A DNA stretch of 64,000 nucleotides from Eledone cirrhosa (Eukaryota). A program made the position numbers and the translations under genes. Of the stretch, positions 59,001-64,000 are shown one piece after another. Where the stretch lies: NCBI GenBank assembly GCA_964016885.1, contig OZ024740.1, positions 7,130,001-7,194,000 on the forward strand, given 5' to 3'. The notes below the pieces were generated by a model that worked only from the letters and a program-made list of their open reading frames with translations, had not been told where the DNA came from and ran no database searches. Positions within the stretch are counted from its first letter, which is position 1. Each line of letters begins with the position of its first letter.

Positions 59001-62000
59001 TGGGATTATTACCAGCTCTGGTGAGACCTACATTTCACATCTGACCTGGGACTATTACCAGCTATTGTGAGGCCTACATTTCACATCTAACATGGGACTA
59101 TTATCAGCTATGGTGAGGTCTACATTTCACATCTGATCTGGGACTATTATTAGCTCTGATGAGGCCTACATTTCACATCTGACCTGGGACTATTGCCAGC
59201 TATGGTCTGACCTATATATCACATCTGAACTGGGACTATTACCAGCTCTGGTGAGGCGTACATTTCACATCTGACCTGGGACTATTACCAGCTATGGTGA
59301 GGCCTCCCTTTTCATATCTGAACTGGGTCTATTACCAGTTGTGGTGAGGCCTACATTTCACATTTGACCTGGGACTAATATCAGCTATGGTGAGGTCTAC
59401 ATTTCCCATCTGACCTGGGACTATTACTAGTTATGGTGAGGTCTACATTTCACATCTGACCTGGGACTATTACCAGCTCTTATGAGGTCTAAATTTCACA
59501 TGTGTCCTGGGACTATTACCAGCTATGGTGAAGTCAACATTTCACATCTGACCTGGAACTATTACCAGCTATGGTGAGGCCTACATTTCACATCTGAACT
59601 GGGACTATTTCCAGCTGTGGTGAGGCCTACATTTCACATCTGACCAGGTACTAATACCAGCTCTGGTGAAGTCTACATTTCACATCTGACCTGGGACAAT
59701 TACCAGCTATGGTTAGGTCTACATTTCACATCTGACCTGGGACTATTCCCAGCTGTGGTGAGGCCTACATTTCACATCCGACCTGTTACTATTACCAGTC
59801 TGGTGAGGTCTACATTTCGCATCTGACCTGGGACTATTTCCAGCTATGTTGAGGCCTACATTTCATATCTGAACTGCGGCTATTAGCAGCTGTGGTGTGG
59901 TCTACATTTCACATCTGACCTGGAACTAATACCAGCTATGGTGAGGTCTACATTTCACATCTGACCTCTTACTATTACCACTCTGGTGAGGTCTACATTT
60001 CACATCTGACCTGGGTCTGTTACCAGCTATGGTGAGGCCTACATTTCACATCTAACATGGGACTACTACCAGCTATGTTGAGGCCTACATTTCACATCTG
60101 ACCTGGGACTATTTCCAGCTCTGGTGAGGTCTACATTTCACATCTGACCTGGGACTATTACCAGCTATGGTGAGGCCTACATTTCACATCTAACATGGGA
60201 CTATTACCAGCTATGTTGAGGCCTACATTTCACGTCTAACCTGGGACTATTTCCAGCTATGGTGAGGTCTATATTTCACATCTAACCTGGGACTATTAAC
60301 AGCTACATTTCAAATCTGACCTGGGACTATTTCCAGCTCTGCTGAGGCCTAAATTTCCCATCTGACCTGGGACTATTACCAGCTATGTTGAGGTCTACAT
60401 TTCACATCTGACCTGTTACTATTACCACTCTGGTGAGGTCTACATTTCGCATCTGACCTGGGACTATTACCAGCTATGGTGACGCCTACATTTCACATCT
60501 GACCTGGGACTATTCCCAGCTCTGGTGAGGCCTACATTTCACATCTGACCTGGGACTATTACCAGCTATGGTGAGGCCTACATTTCACATCTAACATGGG
60601 ACTATTACAAGCTATGGTGAGGCGTACATTTCACATCTAACATGGGACTATTACCAGCTATGGTGAGACCTACATTTCATATCTGACCTGGGACTATTAC
60701 CAGCTCTGGTGAGGCCTACATTTCACATCTGACCTGGGACTATTACCAGCTATGTTGAGGCCTACATTTCATATCTGAACTGGGGCTATTACCAGCTGTG
60801 GTGTGGCCTACATTTCACATCTGACCTGGAACTAATACCAGCTATGGTGAGGTCAACATTTCACATCTGACCTGGGACTAATACCTGCTCTGGAGAGACC
60901 TACATTTCACATCTGACCTAGGACTATTACCAGCTCTGGTGAGGCGTACATTTCACGCGTGACCTGGGAATATTACCAGCTCTGGTGAGGTCTACATTTC
61001 ACATCTCACCTGATACTATTACCAGCTCTGGTGAGGCGTACATTTCACGCGTGACCTGGGAATATTACCAGCTCTGGTGAGGTCTACATTTCACATCTCA
61101 CCTGATACTATTACCAGCTATGGTGAGGCCTACATTTCACATCGGCCCTGGGACTATTACCAGCTGTGGTGAGGCCTACATTTCACATCTGACCTCTTAC
61201 TATTACCACTGTGGTGAGGTCTACATTTCACATCTGACCTGGGTCTGTTATCAGCTATGGTGAGGCCTACATTTGACATCTAACCTGGGAATATTACTAG
61301 CTGTGGTGAGTCCTACATTTCACATCTGACCTGTTACTATTACTACCTCTGGTGGGGCCTACATTTCACATCTGACCTGGGACTATTTCCAGCTATGGCG
61401 AGGTCTGTATTTCACATCTAACCTGGGACTATTACCAACTATGTTGAGGCTTACATTTCACATCTAACCTGGGAATATTACTAGCTGTGGTGAGTCCTAC
61501 ATTTCACATCTGACCTGTTACTATTACCACTCTGGTGAGGTCTACATTTCGCATCTGACCTGGGACTATTACCAGCTATGGTGAGGCCTACATTACACGT
61601 CTGACCTGGGACTATTACCAGCTCTGGTGAGGCCTACATTTCACATCTAACATGGGACTATTACAAGCTATGGTGAGGCGTACATTTCACATCTAACATG
61701 GGACTATTACCAGCTATGGTGAGACCTACATTTCATATCTGACCTGGGACTATTACCAGCTCTGGTGAGGCCTACATTTCACATCTGACCTTGGACTATA
61801 ACCAGCTCTGGTGAGGCCTACATTTCACATCTGACCTGGGATTATTACCAGCTATGTTGAGCCCTACATTTTATATCTGAACTAGGGCTATTACCAGCTG
61901 TGGTGTGGCCTACATTTCACATCTGACCTGGAACTAATACCAGCTATGGTGAGGTCTACATTTCACATCTGACCTGTGACTATTACCAGCTATGGTGAGG

Positions 62001-64000
62001 TCAATATTTCACATCTGACCTGGGACTAATACCTGCTCTGGAGAGGTCTACATTTCACATCTGACCTAGGACTATTATCAGCTATGGTGAGACCTACATT
62101 TCACATCTGACCTGGAAATATTACCAGCTGTGGTGAGGTCTAGATCTCACATCTGACCTGGGACTATTATCAGCTTTGGTGAGGTCTACGTTTCACATCT
62201 GACCTGGGACTATTACCAGCTGTGGTGAGGCGTACATTTCACATCTGACCTGGGACTATTACCAGCTCTGGTGAGACCTACATTTCACTTCTGACCTGGG
62301 ACTATTACCAGCTGTGTTGAGGCGTACATTTCACGCCTGACCTGGGACTATTACCAGCTCTGGTGAGGTCTACATTTCACATCTCACCTGACACTATTAC
62401 CAGCTACGGTGAGGCCTACATTTCACATCGGACCTGGGACTATTACCAGCTGTGGTGAGCCCTACATTTCACATCTGACCTGTTACCATTACCACTCTGG
62501 TGAGGTCTACATTTCGCATCTGACCTGGCACAATTACCAGCTGTAGTGAGGCATATATTTCCCATCTTACCTGGGACTATTACCAGCTCTGGTGAGGTCT
62601 ACATGTCACATCTGACCTGGGACTATTACCAGCTCTGGTGAGGCCTACATTTCACATCTGACCTAGGACTATAACCAGCTATGGTGAGGCCTACATTTCA
62701 CATCTAACATGGGACTATTACCAGCTATGTTGAGGCCTACATTTCACATCTGACCTGGGACTATTTCCAGCTCTGGTGAGGTCTACATTTCACATCTGAC
62801 CTGGGACTATTACCAGCTATGGTGAGGCCTACATTTCACATCTGACCTGGGACTATTACCAGCTATGGTGAGGCCTACATTTCACATCTAACCTGGGACT
62901 ATTTCCAGCTATGGTGAGGTCTACATTTCACATCTAACCTGGGACTATTAACAGCTATGGTGAGGTAAACATTTCACATCTGACCTGGGACTAATACCAG
63001 CTCTGGTGAGACCTACATTTCACATCTGACCTGGGACTATTACCGGCTCTGGGGAGACCTACATTTCACATCTGACCTGGGACTATTACCAGCTCTGGTG
63101 AGGTATACATTTCACATCTGACTTGGTACTATTACCAGCTGTGGTGAGGCCTACATTTCACATCTGACCTGGGACTATTATCCGCTATGTTGACGCCTAC
63201 ATTTCATATCTGAACTGGGTCTATTACCAGCTGTGGTGTGGCCTAGATTTCACATCTGACCTGGAACTAATACCAGCTATGGTGAGGTCTACATTTCACA
63301 TCTGACCTGGGACTAATACCTGCTCTGGAGAGGTCTACATTTCACATCTGACCTAGGACTATTACCAGCTATGGTGAGACCTACATTTCACATCTGACCT
63401 GGAACTATTACCAGCTATGGTGAGGTCTACATTTCACATTTGACCTGGGACTATTATCAGCTATGGTGAGGCCTACATTTCACATCTGACCTGGGACTAT
63501 TACCAGCTGTGGTGAGGCGTATATTTCACATCTGACCTGGGACTATTACCAGCTTTGGTGAGGCCTACATTTCACATCTGACCTGGGACTATTACCAGCT
63601 GTAGTGAGGCATACATTTCCCATCTGACCTGGGACTATTACCAGCTCTGGTGAGGTCTACATTTCACATCTGACCTGGGACTATTACCAGCTATGGTGCG
63701 ACCTACATTTCACATCTTACCTGGGAATATTACCAGCTGTGGTGAGCCTTACATTTCACATCTGACCTGCTACTATTACCACTCTGGTGAGGTCTACATT
63801 TCGCATCTAACCTGGGTCTATTACCAGCTATGGTGAGGCCTACATTTCACATGTGACCTCGGACTATTACCAGCTCTGGTGAGGCCTACATTTCACATCT
63901 GACCTGGGACTATTACCAGCTCTGGTGAGGCCTACATTTCACATCTGACCTGGGTCTGTTACCAGCTATGGTGAAGCCTACATTTCACATCTAACATGGG
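53000..64000. repeat. Right layer of the array with its own variant set
   Basis: Variants concentrated here: 45-bp (G/C)TTACTATTACCACTC monomers (55602, 56060, 56795, 57438, 59967, 60415, 61517 and relatives), GCCTCCCTTTTCATATC (57001, 57830, 59302), CATTTCGC (about 59813, 60443, 61545, 62510, 63797) and frequent CTAACATGGG. The left boundary is a gradual transition at about 52.8-55.5 kb. Confidence 0.68.
60923..61119. repeat. Exact 92-bp (two-monomer) tandem duplication
   Basis: The dimer containing GGCGTACATTTCACGCGTGACC and TCTCACCTGATACT is repeated with starts at 60923 and 61015. Confidence 0.93.

Larger units (their letters stand above)
1..64000. repeat. Tandem satellite array, 46-bp monomer GGTGAGG(C/T)CTACATTTCACATCTGACCTGGGACTATTACCAGCT(A/C/G)T, about 1,390 head-to-tail copies in one orientation, truncated by both window edges
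   Basis: The period was read directly: GGTGAG at 62821 recurs at 62867 (46 bp). Every line consists of this unit with scattered substitutions and small indels. I saw no non-repeat segment and no reverse-complement monomer (GTGAAATGTAG). Confidence 0.98.

Noticed and set aside
1-64000. CRISPR array or CRISPR-like repeat-spacer system
   Set aside because: There are no unique spacers: the whole 46 bp is repeated and variation is scattered point change. No cas genes or leader are present in the window.
1-64000. Arrayed transcription-factor sites (nuclear-receptor half-site TGACCT, E-box CATCTG/CAGCTG)
   Set aside because: Six-base motifs are expected by chance in a 46-mer and are multiplied only by the repetition. 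They are often mutated and there is no binding evidence.
1-64000. Absence of CpG in the consensus as evidence of methylation-driven decay
   Set aside because: A 46-mer is too short for this to be significant, and CpG-bearing variants (CTGCGA, CCGAC, GACGCC, CACGTC) persist across many duplicated blocks.
1-64000. Artefact such as a rolling-circle concatemer or noisy reads of one monomer
   Set aside because: Rare substitutions and indels recur in the same order in blocks kilobases apart, which indicates inherited variation rather than random error. Local misassembly of individual duplications remains possible.
1-64000. Transposon, tRNA/SINE, telomeric or rDNA-derived sequence
   Set aside because: I found no terminal repeats, A/B boxes, poly(A) tails, telomere motifs or any non-monomer sequence.

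Overview
The whole 64 kb window is one uninterrupted, head-to-tail tandem array (satellite DNA) of a 46-bp monomer. Its consensus is GGTGAGGYCTACATTTCACATCTGACCTGGGACTATTACCAGCTVT (about 48% GC, roughly 1,390 copies by 64000/46), and the array runs off both ends. I saw no genes, RNA genes, transposon insertions, CRISPR spacers or inverted monomers; the single ORF call is a chance read-through of the repeat. The information lies in the monomer variants. They define three layers with different diagnostic variants (about 1-32 kb, 32-53 kb and 53-64 kb). They also show an ancestral monomer order shared by the left and middle layers and recent kb-scale tandem duplications that differ by whole-monomer deletions. 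There are recurrent truncated monomers and a 163-bp tract in the left layer identical to one 21 kb away in the middle layer. The monomer itself has hairpin symmetry and a GTRAG...CTRAC...YAG micro-intron-like layout, both speculative. The organism and satellite family cannot be named from the sequence; a eukaryotic satellite is the most likely identity (inference). All alignments were done by eye.
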